This document shows, piece by piece, positions 12,101 through 21,670 of a stretch of 64,000 nucleotides of DNA. The position numbers and the translations under genes are program-made. The notes beneath the pieces were generated by a model. It was not told where the DNA came from, ran no database searches, and saw nothing but the letters and a program-made list of their open reading frames with translations. The DNA lies in the NCBI GenBank assembly GCA_041662745.1, contig JBAZRV010000004.1:70315-134314 (forward strand), written 5' to 3'. This DNA comes from Patescibacteria group bacterium. Its GTDB lineage: Bacteria > Patescibacteriota > Patescibacteriia > 2-01-FULL-39-33. Positions within the stretch are counted from its first letter, which is position 1. Each line of letters opens with the position of its first letter.

Positions 12101-12563
12101 GATCAACGGCCGGGGTGGAGGTAAAGAAAACGCCGGCCGACCGGACCAGTTGAGAAACGACAACGCGTTCAATGCCATTGACGATGAACGTGCCGCGATC
12201 AGTCATTAAAGGATAGTCGCCCAAATAAATCTCCTGTTCCATGCTTTGGCCGGTCTTTTTGTTGACTAATTTAACATTAACGCGCAACGGCGCTTCGTAG
12301 GTAATGTTTTTTTCCTTGGAGGCCACCTCGTCAAACTTGGGTTCATCCATGTAATAATTCATGAAATAAACTTCCAGGTCACGGCCGATAAAATCAGTGA
12401 TGGGAGAGAATTCATCCAAAAGCTCGCGTAAGCCAACCTTCCAGAACCAGTCATAGGACCATTTCTGCAATTCAATCAAATCAGGCGCCTGAAACAAGTT
12501 TTTTGTCAGAGGCGCAAAATTAACCCGACCGTTAATCACGTTCAAATTATTTTTATTAGACAT
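9159..12563 (-). CDS. rpoB: DNA-directed RNA polymerase subunit beta
   Basis: The 1134-aa protein has conserved beta-subunit motifs (GEMEVWALEAYGAA, RFGEMEVW and others). It lies immediately upstream of rpoC on the same strand. Confidence 0.97.
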   Translation of the reverse strand: MSNKNNLNVINGRVNFAPLTKNLFQAPDLIELQKWSYDWFWKVGLRELLDEFSPITDFIGRDLEVYFMNYYMDEPKFDEVASKEKNITYEAPLRVNVKLVNKKTGQSMEQEIYLGDYPLMTDRGTFIVNGIERVVVSQLVRSAGVFFTSTPAVDRKLYGAKVIPNRGSWLEFETDLNKVLWVKIDRKRKVAVTALLRAFGFSSNEEILGQFTDFDGASEFIEATIKKDASENEAEGLIEVYKRIRPGDLAAPDNAKQLIDNMFFNFSRYDFGSVGRYKMNQRFESDREINKESRVLLREDIINILKEIMRLTLTQERADDIDHLGNRRVKAVGELVQAKFRIGLARMERIIKDRMSTLDVTTLSPSKLTNARPLMSVVKEFFMSSQLSQFMDQVNPLAELEHKRRISALGPGGLSRERAGFEVRDVHPTHYGRICPIATPEGPNIGLVGHLAGYCRINEYGFIEAPYYKVAHTLANDGKTAVGEIAQVDLRDANGSIIVKAGEEIGKDAAKALAENIELNKISVRPRVTNEIRYIDAFEESRSTTTPYNTELDEKGYFKSDKVEARVKLNPTVAPTNQVDYMDVSSNQIVSIATSCIPFLEHDDAVRALMGTNMQRQAVCVVRPQAPLVGTGLERIAARDSGHVALAKEDGKVIGLHGDKIEILNKNNKIDTYRLTKYTRSNASTCINQKPIVAIDQEVKKGDVLADGPGTDQGELSLGQNVLVAFMPWQGYNYEDAIILSEKLVQKDRYSSIHIENYTCEVRETKLGPEIVTSDIPNISEEKLKDLDEEGIVRIGATVKSGDILCGKITPKGETELSAEEKLLRAIFGEKARDVRDSSLYLEHGSSGKVIDIKIFSRENGDKMSAGMIKMVQVTVASLRKVQVGDKMAGRHGNKGVISKVVPVEDMPHLADGTPVDIILSPLGVVSRMNLGQILETHLGLAAKALNYKVATNVFNGATEDNIREQLKAAGYPEDGRIQLYDGRTGESFAKKSTVGMVYMLKLNHLVEDKIHARSIGPYSLITQQPLGGKAQFGGQRFGEMEVWALEAYGAAATLQEILTIKSDDVVGRSKTYENIIKGEPITNLYIPESFNVLIRELKGLALNVELLENNKPIRNVDDKIESGMMKDDEEIDA

Positions 12564-12902
12564 AAAAAAGCCCTCATTTCCCTTATTTTAGCCAAATATT
12601 TGGCTATGAGCGTTAGAAATGAGTTCGATTATTTATTTATTGAGTTGTATTTTTAGAATAAGACACTAATTTTTACGGCTTATTAGTGTTCACGAGCACT
12701 CTAAATGACTTCTCCGCCCGTTAGCGGATAAAGATTCAATATAATTATATTAACAGAAACGATAAAAGAAGTCAATAGTTTTTTGACCACTTGAGCAAGA
12801 TTTTATTATTTGTCAAATAATAATTAATTATTACCTAAATTTAGCCAATAACACATCAAAAATAACCAAAAATTAAAAACTATTGATTAAAAATTATTTG
12901 AG

Positions 12903-12911
12903 TTATCCACA
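12903..12911 (+). promoter_or_regulatory. Perfect DnaA-box consensus TTATCCACA in the AT-rich divergent intergenic region
   Basis: An exact 9-mer. It sits in the 486-bp AT-rich spacer between the rpoB start and the radical SAM gene. Confidence 0.4.
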
Positions 12912-13049
12912 GGGTAATTACTAATCAACTCAATAGTCAAACCGCAATAGTTGATTTTTTTATCATTAACAACTATACTTATCAATACATTTTAGCAAAA
13001 AATGAGGCACCTTACAAAAAATTACATAAAAAAACCAAAGGAGTAAAAA

Positions 13050-14759
13050 ATGGACACGAAACTCTTGCGTCTGATCATACCCGCCTCTCCCCCGTTTAAT
13101 CCTTATAAACGATTTTATGGCCGTACGACCGCCCTGGGAACGATCCTAACCGCCTCGGCGGCTAATAAAATACCGGGCTGGGAAGTTGAAGTGATTGACG
13201 AAAACAACTGCCATAATCTTCCTGCTTGGCTTAAGCTAACGGCAGACGGCCGGATTGATCATGGATTGCTGCAACAAGAACGGCCGGCCCAAATTGTCGC
13301 TCTCTGCGCTTCACTTAGTTCAACTATGCCTCGTGTCTTTGAGTTGGCTGGGATTTACCAATCATGCGGAGCGCTTACGGTGGCGGGGGGCTATCATGCA
13401 AGCGCTCTGCCGGAAGAAGCGCTTGATCATCATCTGGATATCATAATCATGAACGACGGAGAAAAAACTATTAGGCAAGTCATAAATACTTATGACTCTT
13501 TATGCCAGGATGTTAATTATGGCTTGCATCTGACCTGCCGAGCGCAGGGGGCCTATAAAAACAACTGCTCGTCCCATTTTTATGAATTGGAAGAAAAAAT
13601 AAAAAACTATTGGCTTAAAGTGGACGGCATCGCTTTCCGGCATATTGATAAAACCATAATTAATCCGTCCGCCGATCAATCGCACAATTGCCGATCGGCC
13701 TTATTGCCTAATTTCGGTTTGTTACGCTATGGCAAATTGGAAGTCTATCCGATTAATTGGCGCCGCGGCTGCTCGCTTAAATGCGAATTCTGCGCCGTCA
13801 GAGAAAAACCCGGCAAGGAGTCAGCCCTTGATCTGTTTAAGGTTGTCCGGCATTGCCACGAAAAATTCGGCGCTGATAAATTTTTTATCGTTGACGATCG
13901 CTTCGGCGGTAATCTGATAAACAAGACAGAACGCGCTGAACTGATCTCGGCCTTGAAACTGCTTATCGCCTACCAGAAAAAAATCAACCGGCATTTTAGC
14001 TTTAGCGCTCAACTGGAACTCAACGCTTCCGGCGATACCGAGCTCCTCTTTTTGCTGCGCCAAGCGGGGGTAGATACCGTACGCCTAAGCTACGATTCGT
14101 CAATTATTGAGGCTCCAGAGTTTAATGATGGGACCTACCATCGGACGACTAAAGGCCAGACCATAAAATGGCGCACCATGGTTCATTACACTCGGCAATG
14201 GCGCCAGGCGGGATTCCTTGTTCATGGCATGTTTATCTTTAACTATCCAAAAAAAACAGAGGCGATTGCCGATTGGCCTGATGGGGCGGAACGGCAGGGC
14301 CGGTTAAGCGCCGAAACAAAAAAGATTATTGAGCTTGTGGCCGAAGCCGAACAAGCTTACGGCTTAAGCAAATTGCCGACAATAAAAAACCGAGTCCGCG
14401 CCGTCAAGGAATTCATCAAATGGGCGGGAATAAACACAGTCCAAGTGGCTTTGGCCGTACCCTCGCCGGGGACTGCCTTGCGCGACCGATTGGAAAAATC
14501 CGGACAGCTTTTCCCCGTAACAGCAATCGGCTGGGAATATTACGACGGGCAATTCCCGCTCTACCAACCGAGCAACTGCGAAGCGGAAGAAATGTGGCAA
14601 GGAGCCCAGGACATCATGTCCGGCTTTTACGGTTTGAGAAACTTTCTCCGCCAAGCTTCTTTCAACGGCTGGCCGTTCCGGCGAAACCGGCTGAATGAAT
14701 CCGTACGCCGTGATTTTTCAGCTAAACTAAAAAGAGCCAGAGCGGCTCTTAATCAGTAA
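13050..14759 (+). CDS. B12-binding domain-containing radical SAM protein
   Basis: The N-terminal region resembles a cobalamin-binding domain. The radical SAM motif is CSLKCEFC (CxxxCxxC). The protein is 569 aa. Confidence 0.75.
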   Translation: MDTKLLRLIIPASPPFNPYKRFYGRTTALGTILTASAANKIPGWEVEVIDENNCHNLPAWLKLTADGRIDHGLLQQERPAQIVALCASLSSTMPRVFELAGIYQSCGALTVAGGYHASALPEEALDHHLDIIIMNDGEKTIRQVINTYDSLCQDVNYGLHLTCRAQGAYKNNCSSHFYELEEKIKNYWLKVDGIAFRHIDKTIINPSADQSHNCRSALLPNFGLLRYGKLEVYPINWRRGCSLKCEFCAVREKPGKESALDLFKVVRHCHEKFGADKFFIVDDRFGGNLINKTERAELISALKLLIAYQKKINRHFSFSAQLELNASGDTELLFLLRQAGVDTVRLSYDSSIIEAPEFNDGTYHRTTKGQTIKWRTMVHYTRQWRQAGFLVHGMFIFNYPKKTEAIADWPDGAERQGRLSAETKKIIELVAEAEQAYGLSKLPTIKNRVRAVKEFIKWAGINTVQVALAVPSPGTALRDRLEKSGQLFPVTAIGWEYYDGQFPLYQPSNCEAEEMWQGAQDIMSGFYGLRNFLRQASFNGWPFRRNRLNESVRRDFSAKLKRARAALNQ

Positions 14760-14766
14760 TCGCACT

Positions 14767-15075
14767 TTAGACCGTTCGTTTTAATGAACGGTTTTTATTT
14801 TGCCAAAATTCTTCAATCTGTTCGGCGACGATCGCCGGCTTGGCAGTATAAACAAACAGGAACTGCCGGGCGTTAACGCCGCGAATCATTAACTTTAATC
14901 CCGCCTCAATCGCGGTTATTTTCATTCGACGCGGACCAGGCTCAATGGATTTTATTTCTCCGGTGACGATTTTTGCAACCAGCGGGTGGCGGTACAGGAA
15001 TTTCACCAATTTATCCGCTTCGCCGATAACCGTTGAATGGCCCGAAGCGACTTTCTTTCCGGCGATATGAGGCAT
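14767..15075 (-). CDS. Hypothetical protein (102 aa)
   Basis: The ORF has a plausible composition but no motif was recognised. Confidence 0.35.
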   Translation of the reverse strand: MPHIAGKKVASGHSTVIGEADKLVKFLYRHPLVAKIVTGEIKSIEPGPRRMKITAIEAGLKLMIRGVNARQFLFVYTAKPAIVAEQIEEFWQNKNRSLKRTV

Positions 15076-15115
15076 AATTAATTAATAGAAGAAAATAATA
15101 AATTGTGGGGATCTT

Positions 15116-16435
15116 TTAGAAGCCGAAAAACTGTTTAAGCAGTTCTCTAACCACTTCCCGTTCATCCCATTTTAATTTAAGGCCGTTAGCGACGCAAATC
15201 ACCTGTTCCGAACCTTTGCCGGTCAAAAGCACTAGATCGCCGGCTTGCGCCCGGCTTAAAGCAAACTTAATGGCCTCGCGCCGATCCAAAATCCTGAATA
15301 AATTATCGCCTTCAATCTTGCCGATAGCCTTGGCGCCTGCCGCCACTTGATCAATAATCATCTGGGGATCATCGTCGTAGGGATCTTCATCGGTTACTAT
15401 GCAAACATCGGCATTTTGCGCCGACAATTCGCCCAAGACAGATCGACGGCTAACATCCCGGCCGCCGCCGCAAGACCCGAAAACATGGATTATCTTATTG
15501 CCCGAGTCAACCAACTGATGCTCCCTGATAGTGGCGAACAATTGCCGCATTGATTCCGGTTCGGGAGCATAATCAACCAAAACCTTAAACGGCTGGCCGG
15601 CAATGATAAATTCCATCCGGCCCGGCACGCCGCCGACTTGCTCTAATGCTTGACGGCATTGCTCCAACGATATTCCCTGCGATTGCGCCACGGCCAGCGC
15701 CGCCAGAGAATTATAAATATTGAACTTGCCAAACAATTTAAGATCAAACTTTTCCTCTCCGACGGTAAAGCTGACGCCATTGGGCCGATAGGAAATGTTT
15801 TCCGCTTTAAGCTGATTGCCATCGGCTAAACCAAAAACAATCTTTTTATCAACTTGAAAATCCAAAAATTCTTTGGCCTGCCGATCATCGCCGTTAACAA
15901 CTATGGCTTTGGCAATCTTTCGGCCGCCAATCGCCTTAACCGGCGCATCCGCCAAATGCTTGAACAACTTTAATTTGGCTTTTTTATAATTGTCAAAGCC
16001 GCCATGCGCTTCAATATGTTCGGGCGTCAGATTGGTAAAAACGCAAACATCATAATGAATCCCCAGGTGGCGGTATTGCTCAATGCCCTGGGAGGAAGTT
16101 TCAATCACCGCGTAACGGCAGCCGGCCGCGACCATCTGCCTAAGGAGTTTCTGCAAGGCGAATCGTCCCAACATGGTCATCTTTTTATCGTTCAGCCATT
16201 CCTTATCGGCAAGCTTAAACAAAGTCGTGGAAGCGGCGCCGACCCTGTAACCGGCTTTCTCCAGGATTTCAGCGATCAGGCTGACCGTGCTGGACTTGCC
16301 GTTAGTGCCGGTCACGCCGATGACAACCATTTTTTCCGACGGCCGGCCGTAAATAATATCAGCCAAAACCGCCAACAATTTATGGTAGGCGGCCAGCCAA
16401 ACGGCAGGAATTAATTTTTTTATTTCAGTTAACAT
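15116..16435 (-). CDS. murE: Mur ligase family protein, MurE-like (UDP-N-acetylmuramoyl-tripeptide synthetase)
   Basis: The P-loop is VIGVTGTNGKSST. The motif ETSSQGIEQYRH...DVCVFTNLTPEHIEAHGGFDNYKKAKLKLF matches the MurE EVSSH...FTNLxxDHLDFHG signature. The start was chosen at MLTEIKK. Confidence 0.6.
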   Translation of the reverse strand: MLTEIKKLIPAVWLAAYHKLLAVLADIIYGRPSEKMVVIGVTGTNGKSSTVSLIAEILEKAGYRVGAASTTLFKLADKEWLNDKKMTMLGRFALQKLLRQMVAAGCRYAVIETSSQGIEQYRHLGIHYDVCVFTNLTPEHIEAHGGFDNYKKAKLKLFKHLADAPVKAIGGRKIAKAIVVNGDDRQAKEFLDFQVDKKIVFGLADGNQLKAENISYRPNGVSFTVGEEKFDLKLFGKFNIYNSLAALAVAQSQGISLEQCRQALEQVGGVPGRMEFIIAGQPFKVLVDYAPEPESMRQLFATIREHQLVDSGNKIIHVFGSCGGGRDVSRRSVLGELSAQNADVCIVTDEDPYDDDPQMIIDQVAAGAKAIGKIEGDNLFRILDRREAIKFALSRAQAGDLVLLTGKGSEQVICVANGLKLKWDEREVVRELLKQFFGF

Positions 16436-16446
16436 AAAATTACGCC

Positions 16447-17028
16447 TTACCTTCCTAAAATCTTTAACGCTTCTTTGATTTTCTCGCCCGCATCCGGCGA
16501 CTGGCATTGGCCAAGCGCCTCGCGCGCCTGACCGGTTGAATAACCCAAAGACACCAGGGCCTCCAAAGCATCGCCGAAACCGTCATTCCAAGAGGCGGCG
16601 ACTCCAGCCATGTTCCCGCCCAATTTATCCTTAAGACCTATTACGATCTTTTCCGCCGTCTTGGGTCCGATGCCGGAAACCTTGGCTAAAATCTCGTGAT
16701 TGCCGCTCTGCACGGCGGTTACGATATCGTCAATCTTGGCTTTGCGCAAAATATCCAAAGCGCTTCTCGGGCCGATGCCGGATAAAGATAATAATAATTC
16801 AAAAAATTCCAATTCTTCTTGGGTGGCAAAACCGTACAAATCCAATACGCTTTCGGCTACTTGCGTATAAATAAAAACTTCCGCCGTCTGCCCGATAGCA
16901 AAATCGTTCAATAATCGATCCAAAACATAAACTTTGTAGCCGACTCCGCCGACATCAATCACAACAAAATTTTCCTTTTTCAGTTGCTGGGATTTTAAGC
17001 GGATTTGGCCCTTAAGATAAGCAATCAT
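16447..17028 (-). CDS. ruvA: Holliday junction branch migration protein RuvA
   Basis: The N-terminus reads MIAYLKGQI...VVIDVGGVGYKVYV. The HhH region reads LLSLSGIGPRSALDIL ... VSGIGPKTAEKIV. Confidence 0.85.
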   Translation of the reverse strand: MIAYLKGQIRLKSQQLKKENFVVIDVGGVGYKVYVLDRLLNDFAIGQTAEVFIYTQVAESVLDLYGFATQEELEFFELLLSLSGIGPRSALDILRKAKIDDIVTAVQSGNHEILAKVSGIGPKTAEKIVIGLKDKLGGNMAGVAASWNDGFGDALEALVSLGYSTGQAREALGQCQSPDAGEKIKEALKILGR

Positions 17029-17119
17029 AAAGCTTGACAAAAATTGTTTACCTCACTATAATACAGCAAAACAGAACATTTTACAACTCGCTCGAACCAG
17101 ACAATAAAGGAGGTTGCTT

Positions 17120-17329
17120 ATGCCTGATACCTGCCGGCATGTCCCGGAATTCGCGACAAGAGACGAGAAGGTTTGCCGATTGTGCGGCAAGGAGCTTGGA
17201 AAACATGAACCGCTTACGCCGGAAAAAATAACCGCATTGCTGGGAGCGGAAATGCCGGCGCAAAAAAGATTCGTCATTACCGGCGGCCTCGGATGCTTCC
17301 TATTGTCTCTGCTGAAAAAAACAGGCTGA
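17120..17329 (+). CDS. Small Cys/His-containing protein A (70 aa)
   Basis: A strong RBS AAAGGAGG lies 6 nt upstream of the ATG. The protein reads MPDTCRHVPEFATRDEKVCRLCGKELGKHEP with C-x13-CxxC. Confidence 0.45.
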   Translation: MPDTCRHVPEFATRDEKVCRLCGKELGKHEPLTPEKITALLGAEMPAQKRFVITGGLGCFLLSLLKKTG

Positions 17330-17349
17330 TAAAGTGGGGGGAGAATCAT

Positions 17350-17550
17350 ATGCCTCAAGGCAAAGAAGGGCAACCACATCAGCACCATTGGGAGGCGGTT
17401 GATTTTGATAATATGGCGGATGACCGCATTAAATGCGCGGTCTGCGGATTAACTAAAGTTTGCGAACACAACGCCGGTGAATTCATTGAGAATCCCAGCG
17501 GCTGCTGCTTTTGCAGGCTCTGTGGCCGCTTCCGCGGATTGGCCCATTGA
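17350..17550 (+). CDS. Small Cys-rich protein B (67 aa, 8 Cys)
   Basis: The RBS GGGGGGAG precedes the ATG. The protein reads MPQGKEGQPHQHHWEAV...KCAVCGLTKVCEHNAGEFIENPSGCCFCRLCGRF. Confidence 0.45.
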   Translation: MPQGKEGQPHQHHWEAVDFDNMADDRIKCAVCGLTKVCEHNAGEFIENPSGCCFCRLCGRFRGLAH

Positions 17551-17572
17551 TCGGCCAGACAAAAAGTACAAC

Positions 17573-17609
17573 AAAAGCTGTCGAAAATTTTCGACAGCTT
17601 TTTATTTTT
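17573..17609 (+). terminator. Rho-independent terminator (perfect palindrome plus T-run) after the two small ORFs
   Basis: The sequence AAGCTGTCGAAAATTTTCGACAGCTT is followed by TTTATTTTT. Confidence 0.8.
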
Positions 17610-17610
17610 C

Positions 17611-18546
17611 CTATCGCTTTACTCTGATTAGTCCGGAAAATGCTGCGACTTCCACGCCCTGCCCTTCCAATTCATCCAAAAACAGATTAACGCCCAGGGA
17701 ATCGGAAGACATATGCCCGGCAATCACCACATTGACATGATGCTTCTGCGCCTCTTTCTTATGTTCTTCGCTCATATGCATGCCGACAATCGTACCGATG
17801 CCGGCGTGCGCCATCTTTTCATAAATATCCTTGGAATTGGAAGTGCCGCCGGTGATTTCCGTCAAAACAATTTTACCGCAATAGTTGTCCTCGCTGCCGG
17901 CAAAAATTTTCGGTCCGGTTTTCTTCTTGGCCGCCAATTGATATTCGGGAATTTCTTTCAGCAATTTCATCAATTCGCCGACCGTCTCCAATTCCACCGC
18001 TTCCACCCTGTCTTTCAAGAATTTAGCCGCCAAATTATCGCAAGGGGTATGCAGGCAGACTAAATTAATATCCAACAATCGCGCCGCATCCACCGGACGC
18101 TGATGGTTGGCCGGCGAAACGCCTCGCGCCACTTCAGACACCCTTTCTTTAGTGATGGCCTGCGCCACATTAATTGGCACGCCGTACTGCGCCAGCACCT
18201 CGGCCTGCAGGTGCATGACATCGCCCAGATCGGCCAGGGCTTCGCCTTCCGGATGATGGGCGATAACCGTATCATAACCCAACTGCTTGGCCAAGATCAA
18301 CTCCGGCGTTTCAATATCAATGCCACACAGGATTTTTTTCACCTCCCGGCCGTTATCGTACAGAATCCTGCTATCGGCATAAGGATTAACGAGTTTCTCC
18401 GCATCAAAATCTTCTTTCTGTTCCTCGTTCAGCTTATCAAACTTTTCCTTAGTCTTGGCTAAGTTTTTTCTCACTCTCTCGCCGCCGCGCAAATCCGCCT
18501 CAATCCCCAGTTTGACAGCCAGATTATAAATGTCTTTAAGCAACAT
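17611..18546 (-). CDS. Nif3-like dinuclear metal center protein (GTP cyclohydrolase 1 type 2 family)
   Basis: The length and conserved His/Glu metal-ligand regions fit the family (HHPEGEALADLG, VCLHTPCDNL, IAGHMSSDSLG). Confidence 0.75.
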   Translation of the reverse strand: MLLKDIYNLAVKLGIEADLRGGERVRKNLAKTKEKFDKLNEEQKEDFDAEKLVNPYADSRILYDNGREVKKILCGIDIETPELILAKQLGYDTVIAHHPEGEALADLGDVMHLQAEVLAQYGVPINVAQAITKERVSEVARGVSPANHQRPVDAARLLDINLVCLHTPCDNLAAKFLKDRVEAVELETVGELMKLLKEIPEYQLAAKKKTGPKIFAGSEDNYCGKIVLTEITGGTSNSKDIYEKMAHAGIGTIVGMHMSEEHKKEAQKHHVNVVIAGHMSSDSLGVNLFLDELEGQGVEVAAFSGLIRVKR

Positions 18547-18652
18547 AAAATTAAGATTAAAATTATTAATTAATCTAACCATTAATTGGAAAAAAAGTCA
18601 AACAAAAATCATCCCAGGCTTCTGACGGCCGGGGATGATAGGAAAATAAAAT

Positions 18653-19696
18653 TTATATTTCCTTGCCCATGATCACTTGGGGCAATTCACGGAAATCCTG
18701 CACCACTCTTTCCAGCTTGCTGGTTTCTTCGTTGCCCACCAAGCGATCAAACAGCACTGTCCAGCCGGCCCACTGAAAGGTGGTAATCAGTCCGGTAACT
18801 GCAAAGATTATTAGCAATATGGCGATCAAGCAAACAAGGGAAATAATCATTTTTATCCAAAAAGCTAAAAATGGAAAATATAACGGGATCACCACGACCG
18901 AGACGGCAACAAAAACCAAAACCAAGAAGGTAACAATAAAGGCGGCAACCATATAAGCCAAAAACATAAACAAAGCCATCTCCAAAGAAATCAGCCAATT
19001 GGCCCTGAATAACTCCCAAGCGGAAACCAAAGCGGTTTTCATTTTTTGCTTCTTAAGCAAAATGAAAAAAATCTGATACTTGATTACAAAAGAAATTATC
19101 AAAGCCAAAATCACAAAAATCAAAAAAGACAAAATATAAATCACTACGCCCCAGGCGCCCAGGCCGGAAATCAAGCCTGCTTGCCAGCCCAATAAAGAGA
19201 ACAAGGCAAACAAAACCAGTTTCAGCAAAACCACTGCGCCAAAAACCGGCCAAAAGTTGGCCCAGGCAAACTGCAAGGCCTCTTTCAGTAAGGGTTTCTT
19301 GTTGCGGTTATGCAAGGCAATATTGCGGATAAGCCCGGATTGGCATAAAACAGCAACGGCGATGACGGCAAAAATTATAATCAAAGAAATTAACAGGATC
19401 AGCAGGGCAACACCCAAAAGAAGAGCGCTGGACGGCCAAGCCGCCTGAAAAGCCGACCAACTCAATGCGGCGCCGCCGGCCACAGCCGTGGCCGCGCCCT
19501 CCTGGAAACCGCTGACCACTGAGCTGACGATATTGGTTGAGGAATTATTGAAAAAAGCGCGGGAGATTATTTCATATTCGCCGCCGGACGAAATCAAAAC
19601 GGCAACAAGTCCCAGCCACCAAAGCTTTTTATAGCTCCAGGTTATTTCCCAGGCCCGTTTCAAGACAGGACGATAAAGATAATTGGTTGTTTGCAT
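18653..19696 (-). CDS. Polytopic membrane protein, function unknown (possibly GDPD-membrane/DUF975-like)
   Basis: There are at least 8 predicted hydrophobic helices and no catalytic motif. Confidence 0.45.
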   Translation of the reverse strand: MQTTNYLYRPVLKRAWEITWSYKKLWWLGLVAVLISSGGEYEIISRAFFNNSSTNIVSSVVSGFQEGAATAVAGGAALSWSAFQAAWPSSALLLGVALLILLISLIIIFAVIAVAVLCQSGLIRNIALHNRNKKPLLKEALQFAWANFWPVFGAVVLLKLVLFALFSLLGWQAGLISGLGAWGVVIYILSFLIFVILALIISFVIKYQIFFILLKKQKMKTALVSAWELFRANWLISLEMALFMFLAYMVAAFIVTFLVLVFVAVSVVVIPLYFPFLAFWIKMIISLVCLIAILLIIFAVTGLITTFQWAGWTVLFDRLVGNEETSKLERVVQDFRELPQVIMGKEI

Positions 19697-19806
19697 ATAT
19701 TTGATTAAATTGCTTACTTATATATTATAGCATAAAAAAACACTAAGACAAGAAGCAAATATAAAAACCGCCGCAATCAGCGACGGTTTTTTAAAAAATG
19801 TCTTCA

Positions 19807-21619
19807 TTAAACGAATAACTTTTCAAATTCTTCCGACTCTATGGTTTCCTTTTCTATCAGCGTATTGGCGATCTTATCCAGATACTCCCGTTTCTCGGTA
19901 ACGACTTTTAAGGCCAGCTTGGCGGCCTCGTCCAGCAAACGGCTAATCTCTTTATCAATTTCTTCAGCGGTTCGGTCGGAATAATCGCGCTCCTCGTGCA
20001 GCTCCCGGCCCAAAAAAATCAATTCTTCGCGTTCGCCGAAAGTCCGCAGTCCCAGTTTTTCGCTCATGCCGAAGTCCGAGATTAAACGGCGCGCCAGCTT
20101 GGTGGCCTGGCGCAGATCATTCTGATCGCCGGTAGTCACTTCGTTGAATACTTCTTCTTCAGCGATACGGCCGGCCAGCATTACCGCCAAATCCTCTAGG
20201 AACTCACTCTTCGTATGAAGTTTTTTATCTTCTAATGGTAACTTTAAGGTATAACCGGCGGCGGAACCGCGGGCGATGATAGAAACTTTTCTGACCGGAT
20301 CGGTGTTAGGCAACTCATGAGCGACCAAGGCATGACCGGCTTCATGATAAGCCGTAATCTTTTTCTCCTTATCATTCAAAATATGGCTCTTGCGTTCCGG
20401 ACCAAGCAAAACCTTGTCAATGCAGGATAAAATATCATTTTGGATTACCGATTTCTGATTGGTTAGGGCGGCTTTAATGGCTGCTTCGTTCAAGAGATTC
20501 ATTAAGTCGGCGCCGGAAAATCCCGGCGTGCGTTCCGCCACTTGGCGCAAATCCACATCCTTGGCCAAGGGTTTCTTCTTGGCGTGGACTTTCATGATGG
20601 CTTCGCGATCATTGATGTCGGGCAAATCCAGAGTGACTCGGCGATCAAACCGGCCGGGCCGCAACAAGGCGGCGTCAAGGACATCGGGACGGTTGGTGGC
20701 GGCCATGACAATTACGTTGTCTGACGGTTCAAAACCGTCCATCTCGGTTAAAATCTGATTCAGGGTCTGTTCGCGTTCATCGTGCGATCCGCCCAAACCG
20801 GCTCCGCGTTGGCGGCCGACAGCGTCAATCTCATCAATGAAGATAATGCATGGCGAATGTTTTTTGGCTTTCTTAAACAGGTCGCGGACGCGGGATGCGC
20901 CCACGCCGACAAACATCTCCACGAACTCCGAACCGGAGATGGAAAAAAACGGCACGTTGGCTTCGCCGGCTACAGCCTTGGCCAGCAAGGTCTTGCCGGT
21001 GCCGGGAGAGCCCAACAGCAGAACGCCCTTGGGAATAGTGGCGCCCATGGCCAAAAACTTTTTCGGGCTTTTCAGAAAATCCACAACTTCCAATAATTCC
21101 TGCTTGGCCTCTTTAACGCCGGCCACGTCCTTGAAGGTAATCTTATTGTCTTTGTCCGGATTAAATTGCCGCGCGCCGCTTTGGCCGAAAGACATGGCTT
21201 TATTATTGGCGCCCGAAGCGGATTTTAGCATAAACCAGAAAAAGGCCAAAATTATAATGGCCGGAATAACGATAGGCAAAAGCGTGGCCAGCCAAAATTT
21301 CCAACCGGCTTCGTTCTTAATATTAATGGCGACTTGGCGAATCTTTTCCGGCGCCACATTATAGTTTTTCAGCATGGCGCTTAGGGACTCCTCGGTCTCT
21401 TTCTGCACCATTAACTTGCTGCCGTCAGTCAGGATAACGGTTAAAGTATTGGACTCCACATCAATTGATTTGACGGTGTCACTTTCAATCGCGCTGACCA
21501 AAGTGGTAAAATCCGCTTCCTTGGGTTGACTTTGCTGGACTTGCAAGAAAGAAAAAACCACTAAGATGACGATAAAAATTCCGATATAAATCAGGGTGTT
21601 TTTGGAAATATTTTTCATA
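19807..21619 (-). CDS. ftsH: ATP-dependent zinc metalloprotease FtsH
   Basis: The Walker A motif is [23 protein letters not shown]. The zinc motif is [10 protein letters not shown]. Two N-terminal TM helices are present. The start was chosen at MKNISKN; the ORF continues upstream to 21834. Confidence 0.92.
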
Positions 21620-21670
21620 GGTTGTGAATAATTTGCTATAATTAACTTAGACGAATCATAACACATAACT

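Noticed and set aside
12564-13049. An oriC in the long AT-rich spacer
   Set aside because: The spacer holds only a single DnaA box, no dnaA/dnaN context and no clustered boxes or DUE-like 13-mers. It is more simply the rpoB promoter region.
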